Below are positions 15,730 through 29,444 of a DNA stretch of 64,000 bases, piece after piece; within the stretch, counting starts at the first letter, position 1, and every line of letters starts with the position of its first letter. The notes under the pieces are model-generated. The model saw only the letters and a list, made by a program, of their open reading frames with translations, made no database searches and was not told where the DNA came from. A program made the translations under genes and the position numbers. This DNA comes from the human T2T-CHM13v2.0 reference genome, Homo sapiens. Location of the stretch: the NCBI RefSeq assembly GCF_009914755.1, contig NC_060929.1. One strand, given 5' to 3'.

Positions 15730-15950
15730 TATTTTTTTAAATTTTATTTTAAGTTCAGGGATATAAGTGCAGATTTCTTACATAGGTACATTTATGACAT
15801 GGGGGTTTGTTGCACAGATTATTTAATCACCCAGGTATTAAGCCTAACTCCCATAGTTATTTTTCCTGATCCTCTCCCTCCTTCTAGTCTCAACCTTCTA
15901 GAAGGCCCCAGTGTAGGCTGTTCCCCTCTATGTGTCCATATATTCTCATC
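15730..15950 (-). mobile_element. L1PA/PB 3' UTR fragment
   Basis: TTTTAAGTTCAGGG..ACATAGGT..ATCACCCAGGTATTAAGCCTA..GGCCCCAGTGT. Confidence 0.8.
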
Positions 15951-16017
15951 AGACAAATGACTCCTTCACTACAATTAAGATGTGTATTGAAGAGAAAAAG
16001 GTGATTAGACAACTTTC

Positions 16018-16395
16018 CTGTCTTAGTCCGTTCAGGCATCAATTACAAAATACCATAGACTGGGTGGCTTAAACAACAAACACTTATTTGTTATAATTTT
16101 GGAAGCTGAGAAGATTAAGATCAAGATGCCAGCAGATTCAGAGTCTGTTGAGGGCCCTCTTCCTGTTTATAGGTAGCTGTCTTTTTGCTCTTTATAGGTG
16201 GCTGTCTTTTTCCCTCATATGAGAGAAGGGATGAGGAAGTTCTCTAGGACCTCCTTTATAAAGGTACTTATCTCCTTAATGAGTGTTCATCTCATCATGA
16301 CCTAGTCAATATCCAAGAGCTCCACCTAATACAATCCCTCTGAGTGTTAAAATTTAAACATATGAATTGGAGGTAAAATAAGTAGCCCGTAGCAC
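16018..16395 (-). mobile_element. MLT1A-like solo LTR
   Basis: TGTCTTAGTCCGTTCAGGC..ACAAAATACCATAGACTGGGTGGCTTAAACAACA..AAGATCAAGATGCCAGCAGATTC. Confidence 0.8.
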
Positions 16396-16722
16396 TCCAC
16401 ATCACTAAAGAAACAAGGTAAAAAAAAAAAAACACCAATAAACAACAAATACACAAAAACCTCTCAGTCTGATATCTCCTACAGAAGAATCATAATAATG
16501 TACTTTTGATTTTGCCACATGATTGATAACTTATAATCCCCCAGATGCTGAATAAAATGCTAAATTATTATAATAAAATATATTTTTTCTCTCCTGGAAA
16601 AATTAGAATAATGCCAGAGGAGTAATTTTCTATAATATATTTTCAATAATTTTCTACATTTTATTATCTCCATTACCATTATCGTTTCAAGAGGAAAAAG
16701 AAAAAACAAGAACAGCAACACA

Positions 16723-17089
16723 TTGCTGTGGTTTGAATGTTTGTCTCCTCTCAAATTCATGTTGAAGTTTAGTTTCCATTGTAAGAGTATTAAGAGGTAG
16801 AACCTTTCAGAAGTCTGTGAAGATTCTACCTTCATAAATGGATTGATGCTGTTAATTAAAGAGTGCGTTCCTTATAGATGAATATTTCAGTTCTGTCTTT
16901 TCTCTCTCTCCCCCACCCCATCCTTGCCCTTCTGCCATGGCATGACACAGTAAGAAGTCCCTTGACAGCTGCTGGTAGCTTAATCTTAGATGCCCCATCC
17001 CCCAGAGCCATAAAGCAATAAATTTGTGTTCATTATGAATTTACCAGTCTGTGGTATTCTGTTATAGCAGCACAAAATAGACTAAGACA
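16723..17089 (+). mobile_element. MST (B/C/D-like) solo LTR
   Basis: TGCTGTGGTTTGAATGTTTGTC..AAATTCATGTTGAA...GTTATAGCAGCACAAAATAGACTAAGACA. Confidence 0.8.
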
Positions 17090-17244
17090 CAGGTACACAT
17101 AATATACATAAACATAGTACCAAAATGTCAAAGATTTGGGGATTAGAGCTTATATTAATATGTTAAATAAAACAAAGAATAATAACACTTAGAGGCTAAC
17201 ACTGTACTAATACTAAAATTTATCTAATCCAGATATGAATAGAA

Positions 17245-20200
17245 GGAATTTTTAAAAATATCTTGAAACAAATGAAAATGGATATACAACATAAGAAAAT
17301 CTATGCGATATGGCAAAAGCAGAACTGACAGGGAAGTTTATAGCAATAAATGCCTATATCAAAAAGTAAAAATAAACAAGCTAACAATAACACCTCAAGG
17401 AACTAGAAAAGCAAAAACAAACCAAATCCAAAATTAGTAGAAGGAAAGATATAATAAAGATCAGAGTAGAAATAAATGAAATTAAGTCTAGAAACATAAT
17501 ACAGAAGATTCTTGAAATGGAAAGTTGGTCCTTTGAAGAGATAGAATTGACAAATCGTTAGTTGGACTAAGAAAAAAAGAGAGAAGACCTAAGTAAATAA
17601 AGTGAAAAACAATTAAAGAAGGCATAATTACCGAGATTTCAGAAATACAAAAAACCATTAGAGGCTATTGTGAACAAGTATACACTAACAAACTGGAAAA
17701 CCTAAAATAAATGGATACATTCCTAGATACATAAAACCTACCAGGATTGAACCATGAAAAAATGGAAAATCTCAACAAGCCAAAAACGAGCAATAGATTA
17801 AGACTATAATAAAGAGTCTCAAAAAAAAAAAAAAAAGAAAGCTCAGAACTTGATGGTTTTATTGCCGAATTCTACCAACCATATGAAGATAAACTAATAC
17901 CAATCCTACTCAAACTCTTCAAATAAATTGAAGAGAAGGGAATAACTTTCAGCCTCATTCTGTGAGTCCAGAATTACCATGATACCAACACCAGAAAGGG
18001 ACATACAACAAACAAGAAAACTACAGGCCAATATCACTAATATGGTTTGGCTCTGTGTCCCCAACCAATCTCATCTCAAATTGTAATCCCCATGTGCTTA
18101 GGGAAGGGTCTGATGGGAGTTGATTGGATCATGAGGGGCAGATTTTTTTCCATGCCGTTCTTGTGATAATGAGTTCTCATGAGTTTTGATGGTTTAAAAG
18201 TGTGGCACTTCCTCCTGAGTGCTCTCTTTCTTCTGCCACCATATAAGATGTGCCTTGCTTCCCCTCCTGCCATAATTGTAAGTTTCCAGAGGCTCTCCAG
18301 ACATGGGGAACTGTGAGTTAATTAAACTTTCTTTTCTTTATAAAGTACCCAATATCAGGTATTCTTTATAGCAGTGTGAAAACGGACTGATGCAATCACT
18401 GATGAACATAGATGTAAAATACTAGCAAACTGAATTCAAAGACGCATTAAAAAGATAATACACCATGATCAAGTGGGATTCCTCCCAGGGATGCAGAAAT
18501 GTTTTAACATATGCAAATCGATAAACATAATACATTATATTAACAGAATCAAGAACAAAACTACATAATTATTTCAATAGTTGCCAAAAAAGCATTTGAT
18601 ACAATTCAACATCCCTTTATATGACAAAAACCCTCACCAAAATAGTTACGGATTGAAAATACCTCAAAATAATAAATATCATATATGACAAAGACACTAC
18701 TAGCATCATAATGAATGGGGCAAAATTGAAGGTCTTTCCTCTAAGGACTGAAACAAAGCAAGGATGCCTACTTTTACCACTTTCATTTAATATAGTACTG
18801 GAAGCTCTGGCCGGTGCAATTAGGTATGAGAAAGAAATAAAAGGCATCCAAATTGGAAAGGAAAAATTCAAATTATCTCTGTTTTCAGGTGACATGATCT
18901 TATACTTGCAGAAACCTAAAGACTCCACTAAAAATTTTTAGAAATAATGAACAAATTCAGTAAAGTTGCAAGATAAAAAAAATCAACTTACAAAAATCAG
19001 TAGCATTTACATATGGCAACTACAAACAATGTGAAAAGAAATCAAGAGAGTAATCCCATTTACAATAGCTACAAAAAATCAAATACTTCAAATAAACCTA
19101 ACAAAAAAATGAATGATCTATACAAAGAAAGCTATAAAATGCTGATGAAAGAAATTAAAAATCACAAAAAGAAATTTCATGCTCATAGAATGTAACAAAG
19201 TTAATATTGTTAAAATGACAAAACTACCCAAAACAATGTATAGATTTAATACATTACCTATCAAAATAATAATATTCTTCACAGAAATTATTAATAAAGT
19301 TCTAAAATTTATCTGGAATTACCAAAACTCCAGATAGCCAAAATATCTTTGAGAAAAAGGAACAAAGCTGGAAGCATCAAAGCAACTAACATCAAAATTT
19401 ACTACAAGTCTGTAGAAATTGAAACAGCATGGTACTGTCATCAAACAGACACATTGACCAATGGGACAGAATAGAGAACTCAAATAAAAATCTATGCATT
19501 TACAGCCAACTCTTCTTGGACAAAGACACCAAGAACATATAATAGGGATAATTAAGTCCCTTCAATAAATGGTGCAGGGAAAACTAGATAACTATGTGCA
19601 AAAGAATAAAACTAGACCACTGTTCCTCATTATACACAAAAATGAAATCAAAATGGATTAAAGCCTTGAATCTAAGACCTTAAACTATGAAACTACTAGA
19701 AGAAAACACAGGGGAAGTGCCGCAGGTTGTTGGCCTGGGAAAAATTTTTTGTGTGTAAGACTTCAAAAGCACAGTCAATCAAAGCAAAAAAAAAAAAAAA
19801 AAAAAAAGGATACTAAAAAGCTTACACACAGAAAAGGAAACAACCAAGAAAGTGAAGGGACAACCTACAAAGCGAAAGAAAATATTTGCAAAGTATCTAT
19901 CTGATGAGGGCTTAGTAACCAGAATATATAAAGAGCTCAAACAATTCAACAGCAAAAAAACAAAAGCAAAAGCACTCAAATAATCCAACTTAAAAATGGG
20001 CTAAATTTCTGAATAGACTTTTTTTCAAAAGAAGACATACTAATACCTAATATAAGTATATGAAAAAACACTCAACATCACTAATCATCAGAGAAATTTA
20101 AATCAGAACCACAATGTGATATGATGTTGCCTGTCTTAAAATGTACCATATCAAAAACACAGACAATAACTGATGTAGGTTAGGATATGGAGAAAGGGAA

Positions 20201-20810
20201 ACCATCTTACATTATTGGTGCGAATGTATTTTAGTACCACCATTATGGAGAACAATATAGATGTTCTTCAAAAAACTGAAAATAGAACTACCATATAATC
20301 CAGCAATTCCACTAGTGAGTATATAGTCAAAAGAAAAGAAATCAGTATATCAAAGAGATAGCTGCACTCCCATGTTTATTGCAGCACTATTCACAATAGC
20401 CAAGATAGGGAATCAACCAAAGTGTCCATCAATGGATGAATGGATAAAGAAAATGTAGTACATAAAGACAATGGAATATTATTTAGCCATGAAAAAATAA
20501 AATTCTATGATTTGCAACAAAATGGATGAAATTGAAGGCCACTATGCTATGTTAAGAGAAGTAAGCTAAGCATAGAAAGACAAATATTGTGTACTATCAC
20601 TCATATGTCAGATCTAAAAAAGTGGACCTCATGAAGCTAGAGAGTAGAATGATGGTTACGAGTCTAAGAAGGCTAAGGAGAAAGGGAAATTGAGGGAAAA
20701 AAGAATATAAATGTATTTGTTACCACTGAAGTATACACATGAAGTGGTAAAGATGGAAAATTTTATATTATATGCATATCTTACTTCAATCAATGAATAC
20801 AATTAAAAAT
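17245..20810 (+). mobile_element. 5'-truncated old L1 (L1MA/L1PB age): disrupted ORF2 plus 3' UTR
   Basis: ORF2 RT remnants ([39 protein letters not shown]); many stops and frameshifts; L1 3' UTR. Confidence 0.92.
18038..18394 (+). mobile_element. THE1D/MSTA-like solo LTR nested in L1
   Basis: ATATGGTTTGGCTCTGTGTCCCCA..GTGAAAACGGACTGATGCA; exact 5-bp TSD ATCAC at 18033-18037 and 18395-18399. Confidence 0.9.
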
Positions 20811-23800
20811 ATATACACTTTAAATAAATAAAAATAACTGTAAAAATGTTTACATAAATAAATAATAAATAGAGCACATGAATATTAGAAATATTGAAAT
20901 TTGCCCTTGAACCAAAGAGGCTAAATCTGAAAATTAAAAGTAAACAAAGAAATAACTATTTTTGAAACTAAAAAATTCCATCACACACAGACATATGCAC
21001 AAAATAATTTTAATATTTTTGTTAAAAATAATTAAAAGATAAAATTTAAGATTTAAAAACATTACAATTTAAAATCACTAGCTACATAGCCATGTATTAA
21101 GGCTAAATCTTCACTCAGAAAAAAATATATAGCCATAATATCTAAAATTTCTAAATACACCAAAATGGGAAAACATATATGAAATTTTTTCCAAAATAGT
21201 TAAAAATTATAAACAATTACATCATAAAGAATAATCTATGGATGAATAAAAATAAAATTAGAAATGAACGAAATGTTAAAAGTCCATTACTAAGTAAATG
21301 CTCAATAACTAAACCGCTAAATAAATGCCAAAATCTAACCATCTGAAAACCTAAATTTTTGTCTCCTCCACAAAAAAATGCAGTAATACAAAATGAAGTG
21401 AAATAAAAACACAAATAGAATTAATTATAAATGAAATTAAATTAATTATAATTGAAAGCAAAGAAAAATCAGAAACACCTAGAAAAAAGTAAAATAAATG
21501 AGCCGCTTACACACTTTAAAAATAGTGTTCATAAAACAAATGAAATTAATGTTTTCAAATAAAAATATATAGTATCAAAATATACTGAAAGGCAATAAGA
21601 AAGCTATGTATATTGATTAAAGACACTGAAAATATCCTGAGGAGTTTTATTATATTCACTTTTACCACCTACCATTTCAGGCAATAAGATATTTTTGCAT
21701 TACCTTTTCCAAAGCCATGGTTCTGTTACTAAAAGTGTGACAAAAACAAACAAACAACAACAAATAAAACAAAAACCAAGAAAGTGCTGATAAGTGTTAC
21801 AAAATTATATTAATGAAGAAATCATTTTAAAATATTTTCACAATGACACTCTTATAGACTCAACACTAGTACATAATTCTCAGGTTGTCTTCACTTTGAT
21901 TATGACATATTGTCATTAGTAATTGTGGTGATATAATGCACCATAGCATTCATTTAAAAGAAAAATGTATAGTTGTCTTATTAGTTGTACATATATTTTT
22001 GATAAAGTATGTTGATCAAATTCAAACTAAGACTAAAATACTCAAACAAAAATTACATACTTTTAGTAAACGAGAGATGGACTTATAATTAATTGCTCTC
22101 TGGATTGCAACTGCCATGCAAAAATGTTACTTTTTGTATCTCCTCACATCTCTAAGACTGCCCTGGGATCAGCCCCAGCTACATTGCACAACTTCCTGTG
22201 AGCTCAATCATTTTGACACTACTTTACTTCTACTTCTTACCATCAATTTCTTGCTTTTTTTTTTTTTTTAATCTCACAGTCTTTTCCAAAGTCTAGGGAG
22301 CCTACTTGATCAACACTGAAGCATAAGAAAGTTAAGTTTTCCAGGGAAATCCTCAACTAACAGAGGATAGGAGCCAGTGGATGTAGGTCCAGGACTTGTC
22401 CTAAGGATGGGCAATTTTTAAGGTCATTCTTTATGCTTCCATAGTTTTACAAGAATTGAGCTATTCTTTCCAAAGCCAAAAAAAAAAAAATCCCCAAGAT
22501 ACAACCTAATATTAGCTTTGTATTATGCCTTTTCTCAGTCTTTCTATTTCCTCATTCCTATATGGATCACCTTCCAAATTCAAACAAATAGGTGATGTGG
22601 GACTGAGATATGCACCCAAGTCATTGTCTCATAAATTACTGTCGGGAACCCAAGCTAAAATAAGTGGCAATAAACTAGTTTTAGGAAAGAGACCATCATT
22701 ATGGAATTCTGGAACTGGACCTTACTGGCTAGATGACAACAGGTTCCTATTATTGTTAATAAGTGATTAGTGACGCCTCTTCTGTTATGCTATTATTTCA
22801 ACATTACAAAGACTTTAAATTTTAGTCCATCGAATCACATATGGAAGAAAAGTTTTGGGTTGTCCAGAAACTCTAACAGTTTAACAATTTTAGAGCAATG
22901 GGAATTATAAATATTGTAGAATTAGATAATTTTTGTCAACTTACCTTAAAAGCCTTGAAAAAAGCAAGTGGCAGATTCATGTCAGCCAACTATTATCTCA
23001 AAGTTGCCAGTGAAATCCAGAATCCCTCCATGACAGTTTACAGAGTCCCTCGTCTTTTACAATCACAAGGCAGATTATTAAAAACCAGACACACAACTTA
23101 ATTTTAAGGCCTGCAGAGTTGCCAAAGGAAGTGTATGCCAAGCTCAACGTGACTCCTATGTTAAAATCAGGGGCCTCCTAGGCAGGAGTAGTTCCCTTAG
23201 ACATCTAATGGGGATGTTCTGAAGGGGTCACAAAAACCCCCTAATTCTAAAGTTCTCCTAAAACATCCAGATCAACAAAAGCAAACAAACAAAATCCTCT
23301 TCTTATAGGAGAACAGTAGCCACTCATTGTCTGGAGACATTAGAAATGCTAATCTGGGCAGAAGTTCCTGAAGATGATGCTTGTCCTCCTCTTACCCTGT
23401 TCCTATCTCTCTTAAGACTTCCAGACCAATCACTAGAGTCAGATTACTCCCTGAAGATTTGTAAGTCCTGGCAAACACATATTAGCAGAAGAGGGAAAGT
23501 GTGTGGGAGCGAATTTTGAGAATTTTTGACCAGAAGTGGGAGTTGTGGCTGAGATAATCATTTTCCTGTGAATCCAAACTTAAGGTTCAGACAAGAACAC
23601 CAGGAGAGGAATTTTTTAAATGTTGCTGCTGAGATGGCTTTTAGTAGATGAGTTGGAGATGCTGTCCTCATTTCACAAAGGCTATTAGCATGCACTATCG
23701 ATTAGGACATCCAACGTCTCAGTGACTGTTGTCATGATTTGGCCAGAGTTGTTAGTAGGAAAAGGTGCCATGAAACTAGTCTGCCAAATGCTAATGAGAC

Positions 23801-25325
23801 AATATTATTCTCAAATATCTCAGATTAGGTGGTGACATCTATTCATTAGAAATAATGTGGGTATGGTAACTGAATTTAGCAGCAATGCCAGAGGGACAAG
23901 CAGGATGTCTTTTATGTGAGAGTCTCTTATGATATATAACAGACTGTGATTTTCCTAGGGGTGAAATGGATAGGCAATCAGGGTGTTTCTGGTTTTGCAA
24001 TTAGAATAAATCCTGAACTAGCAAGCAGAAGACTGGCATTAGCTACTGTGATGAAAACCCACAATTTCTCACCCACCTACCCAGTCTGAGCTGGTTCTCA
24101 GAACCAGAGCCCATCTGTTGAAGTGGAGTCATAACAAACTTGAGGAAGGACTCTACAATGACAGTATAAGTATCAATAACAAATATTAAGAACCTACAGC
24201 CATGTACCATAGTGAATGTATACAAAGAAAAGAACACTATCCAGAACTTTTAAGAGCTGTTGGACTTGAAGTCTGAGGTTATATTGATACAAGCATACCA
24301 AAATTCCCTCTTCAATTAGATTGAGTGCTCATGAAGAACAAGTACTTAACAGACACATGATTGAAATCAGATTCCAGTCCACAGTTATCTCCCCAGATGC
24401 TGAGTGCACAGTTGAGATGGATAGACTTAGTTACTCAAAGAACCTGCACATTGGTTACCTGATTTCTGTAGTAATATGTAATCATAGGATTCATTATGTA
24501 TTGCACGTTAAGTATGATCAAATATAAATCCTTGAAGCTTCCCCAACACTTTCCTAGCCAGGGCAATAAATCAGAAACAATACTTAATATCAGAATTAAA
24601 TTACAGAGATTCATACTACCTTCAAACAATTAAAGAATTGGTGGTGGTAGTTATTCTCTTTATTCCCCTGTTTAATTTAACTGTAAGGGTCGCTGCAAAA
24701 AAATAAAGAGCTGGTAGATGACAGTGGACTGCTATAAACTTAACCAAGGGTGAATCTAATTTACTCTTATACTAGATTTGGGATTTTTATTGGAACAGAT
24801 CAATTTTAGTACTTTATATGTGGCAATAGTCTGGAAAATATGTTCTTTTGTCCTTCTTGATCTTAGTAGATTTTTAAAAACATTTTATGTGTATGTGGAA
24901 AGACAGTATTAGCAGGAGCACAGGAAAAGTGTGCAAACACACATCTTCTCCTAGGTCTTAGGTATATGTCAATTCCTCTGCACTCCAACAGAGTATAGTC
25001 CACAAAGGACTTGATCAACTTTCCATTCTGGGAAATGCTATGATAATCCAATAAATTGATGGCATTGTGCTAACTGAACCTAGTGAATAGAAAGTGGCAA
25101 GTGCCCTGAATGTCTTAGCAAGCTACAACAATAACATAGATGAGAGCAAAACTTCAGGGTCCAACAGTCTCTGGCATTCTGGGGCATCCATTCTAAGGTA
25201 AAGTTTATATTATACACTTTGCATAACCTACTACTAGGAAATAGATACAAGATTTTGTAAATATATTTAGCTGTTGGAAACAGCATCTGTAGCTTTTGGG
25301 AATGTTGCTTAAACTTTTATATTAG

Positions 25326-25652
<327 letters not shown>

Positions 25653-27578
25653 ATAACTTCTATATTAGATTACTTGGAAGAAAATATTTTTTAAGTGGGT
25701 CATTTGGAAGAAGAGGGCTTTGCAGCAGGTTTAGGTTACAGTGAAAATGGCCCTTCCCCTTAGGATATAGTATGGTGCTAGAGGTACACATGGTGGCCAA
25801 GACCCTGTGAGAAACCCCCTGTAGAAGAGTTGCAGCAGAAACCACTGGGGTTCATTATCAAGGCCATGTTCTCTGCAGCAGATAATGCCTTGCTATTTGA
25901 AATGCTGCTTCTGATGTGCTACAAGACCTTAGAAGAGACTGAGTGCTGGATCTTAGAATATCAAGAGATTATGAGACAATGGCTTCCATCATGCACCAAG
26001 AATCAGTCTATCCCATAATAAAATAATGCATTTTGGATCTTCTCAAAGTATATCCAGAGGCACTCATGATCTAGACCCTCATGTCACCAGCCATTGTTTC
26101 TTTGTAATCCCTTCCTCTGATCACACCATGACCTCATGGAGAATTCATTTTGATCAACTAATGAAGAAGGAAAAGTTTTGTACCTGGTTTGTGGATGGAT
26201 TAATTGAATATAATAGTGCTAGATGATAAATGGACCATTAGCACACACAATCATAATGAGAATTAGCCTTAAAGGACTTTGGTGAAAGGGTAATCCTCCT
26301 CGTGGGCCAAGCTATGAGCATCACATTTGGATTTCCATTTATGTGGTAGAAAATCTATTGGAATTACAATGTGTTTAAATGCTTGGATATAGGTGAATGG
26401 CTGACCTGATTGCACATAGACCTGGATGGAGTAAGACAGAAAGATCAGATGTACAAAGAAGGGACATGTGGATGGACCTAGAAAAATAGAAATAAATTAT
26501 GCACATCTTTGGTTTTCTTTTGCTTCAATGCTTGCCTGAGATCATGCATAACATTGGCCACTGGACAACTGAAGCTATGTGCCCAACCTGTAAGCAGTAG
26601 AGACTGGGATTAAGCCTTTGATAACGTTCCATTCATTACATTAGAGCAAGCAACCACTTAGAATAAGTCAGTTACTGGACATTTTCAATTCTAGAAGTGG
26701 GTCATAATTCATCTTTGCTGAACAAACTCTTATTTTAAAATGTATTTATATTTTTTGTTCACAATGCCTTGGCTAATACTATGATTTGGGGGCCTACAGA
26801 AAGCCTAATTACTGAAAGCATAAGTTAATTATGTAATGTCCTGCATAATATCACTTGAGGCCAAGTAATGCATTTTTATGGTAGAAGAGGTAAAACAATA
26901 AGCATAGAATGATGGGGGTCTTCAGTTCCAACCATATATTATATTTATCAGCAACACCCAGCCTAATAAGATAATGAAATGGTATACTAAAGTTTCAGCA
27001 GGGATGTCAGCTCAGGGAAGGTACACTGCAGTGGGTGCCAGTCTCTAGGATGCAAAATATACTGTATACAAGGGTAGTTAGTTTGAGAAACCAAAAAAGT
27101 AAAAGTAGGAATGACCAATTTTTGTATTAGTTTTCTTATGCCAGTAGACCTGAATAAGATGAATGAATTACTACATTGGAAGACAAAATTATGCATCATT
27201 ATTTTGAAATACTAAGATGAACAATTTTCTCTAATTATAATTCTATAGAATCAAGGCAGGTCATTATCTCTAGATCTCAGGGGATCGACTGATGTGTCCC
27301 TGGCAGTGAGATTGAATAAGCAATTATTGCATCAAAAATAGACTAGGACTAAGCAAACATGCTTGGTTTATTTCACAAGAGGGAAAATCTAGAATAGCTG
27401 CTACAGTGGCCAAGTTCGTGGAAGAGATGGAAACACAGTAAAGAAAAGGAGATGAACAGGATATCAATTTCTGCCTTTGGGCCACTTATAACAGCAGATA
27501 CTGTGGTTTATTTCTTTAACATTTTGATATTTTCAGAGCTTAGATCTAGCCACCAGTTTCAAAATATGTGACAGAGAA

Positions 27579-27634
27579 GAATTTACTGTGTAATAGCATA
27601 ATCAAATGAATTTACTGTGTAATAGCGTAATCAA
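27579..27634. repeat. 29-bp tandem duplication at the ERVL 3' LTR boundary
   Basis: GAATTTACTGTGTAATAGC(A/G)TAATCAA x2. Confidence 0.85.
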
Positions 27635-28620
27635 CCTCCGAGAGCCCTCACACTTGATACTCAATATTACATCACATTGGCCCTTTTCAATTTCAGCCAC
27701 AATGGAAGTGGATAGCTACTGGGGAACTCAAACTCCTGTTATTATCTAAAGACCAAAACAAATGTTTCCCTGCTTTTTGTACTCAGGACCTTTCCCAAAG
27801 CTGAGAATAGTCTGCATAAATACAGTCTATAAATATAGTAAAGTTAATGACCCCAAAGGTAACCCTCAAATAATGAAAGATGGAAGTCAGTGGATAAAAA
27901 CTCCAGCCTCCGCCTTTGGATTCCTAGCAGAATTATGCTCTCATTGCCTACAACCAGTGACCTGGATTACATAGCCTTATATCAGTTTTTCATTCTTACT
28001 TATCTAATGCTCTTCTCTGTCACTCCTCCTTCAGAGTATTTACTAAATTATCTGCAACTAAGTTCTTGTCTCAGGTTCTGCTTTTAAAGAAATATAAATT
28101 AAGATATCTGTGTTGTATACTGAAAATCTTTTCTAAACCAAGAAGAGTAACTAACATGTAGCAGCTTTCATGCAAATTTTATTGAACAAATAAGCTATAT
28201 TATTTAATACCAAAGCTAGAATTGTACATAATGGCCAAACACTAAAAGGGTTTCAATTTATTTCACAAATATCTTAAAGGATTAATTACATTAGTAAAAG
28301 ACAGAATTTTTTATTTAATTTTGGAAAGTCTGTCAAATATCAAAGATTTAAAACACTTGACGTCACAGGTCATTGTAAAATAAGTTATTCATTTGACCAA
28401 ATAAATAACTCAAGGATTTTTTCAAAAAGGCAAAAACTTTCTTTCTTTGAGAGAGTAGACTTAATTTTCTAAATAATGAAACCTAATAAAAACAGCATGA
28501 AGCCAATTAAATTTGTTTTTTGAAATTTTATAAACAATCTGTAAGATTTTAATCTCGACCATAGGGTATAACCTCCATAAACCTTTTATAACCTTTATAA
28601 TCTTTATTAAAAAGTCAGTG

Positions 28621-29444
28621 TTTTGGTTTTTTTTAGTTATACTTTAAGTTCTGAGGTACATGTGGAGAACAAGCAGGTTTGTTACATAGGTATACATGTG
28701 CCATGGTGGTTTCCTGTACCCATCAACCCGTCATCTACATCAGGTATTTCTCCTAATGCTATCCCTCCCCCAGAACCACACCCCCCCAACGGGCCCTGGT
28801 GTGTGATGTTCCCCTCCCTGTGTCCATGTCTTCTCATTGTTCAGCTCACACTTACGAGTGAGAATATGTGATGTTTGGTTTTCTGTTATTGTGTTAATTT
28901 GCTGAGAATGATGGTTTCCTTGCAAAGCACATTGACTCATCCTTTCTATGGCTGCATAGTATTCCATGGTGTATATGTGCCACATTTTCTTTATCCAGTC
29001 TATCATTGATGGGCATTTGGATTGGTTCCAAGTCTTTGCTATTGTGAACAGTGCCACAATAAATATACGTGTGCATGTGCCATTATAGTAGAATAAACGG
29101 TGTTGGGAAAATTGGCTAGCCATATGCAGAAAACTGAAACTGGATCCCTTCCTTACACCTTATACAAAAAGTAACTCAAGATGGATTAAAGACTTAAATG
29201 TAATACCTAAAACCATAAAAACCCTAGAAGAAAACCTAGGCAATACCATTCGGGACATAAACATGGGCAAAGACTTCATGACTAAAACACCAGAAGCAAT
29301 GGCAACAAAAGCAAAAATTGACAAATGGGATCTAATTAAACTAAAGAGCTTCTGCACAGCAAAAGACACTATCATCAGCATGAACAGGCAACCTACAGAA
29401 TGGAAGAAAATTTTTGCAATCTATCCATCTGACAAAGGGCTAAT
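28621..29444 (-). mobile_element. 5'-inverted L1PA insertion inside MER4-int
   Basis: Antisense 3' UTR/ORF2 end 28621-29093 fused to sense ORF2 fragment 29092-29444 ([25 protein letters not shown]). Confidence 0.88.
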
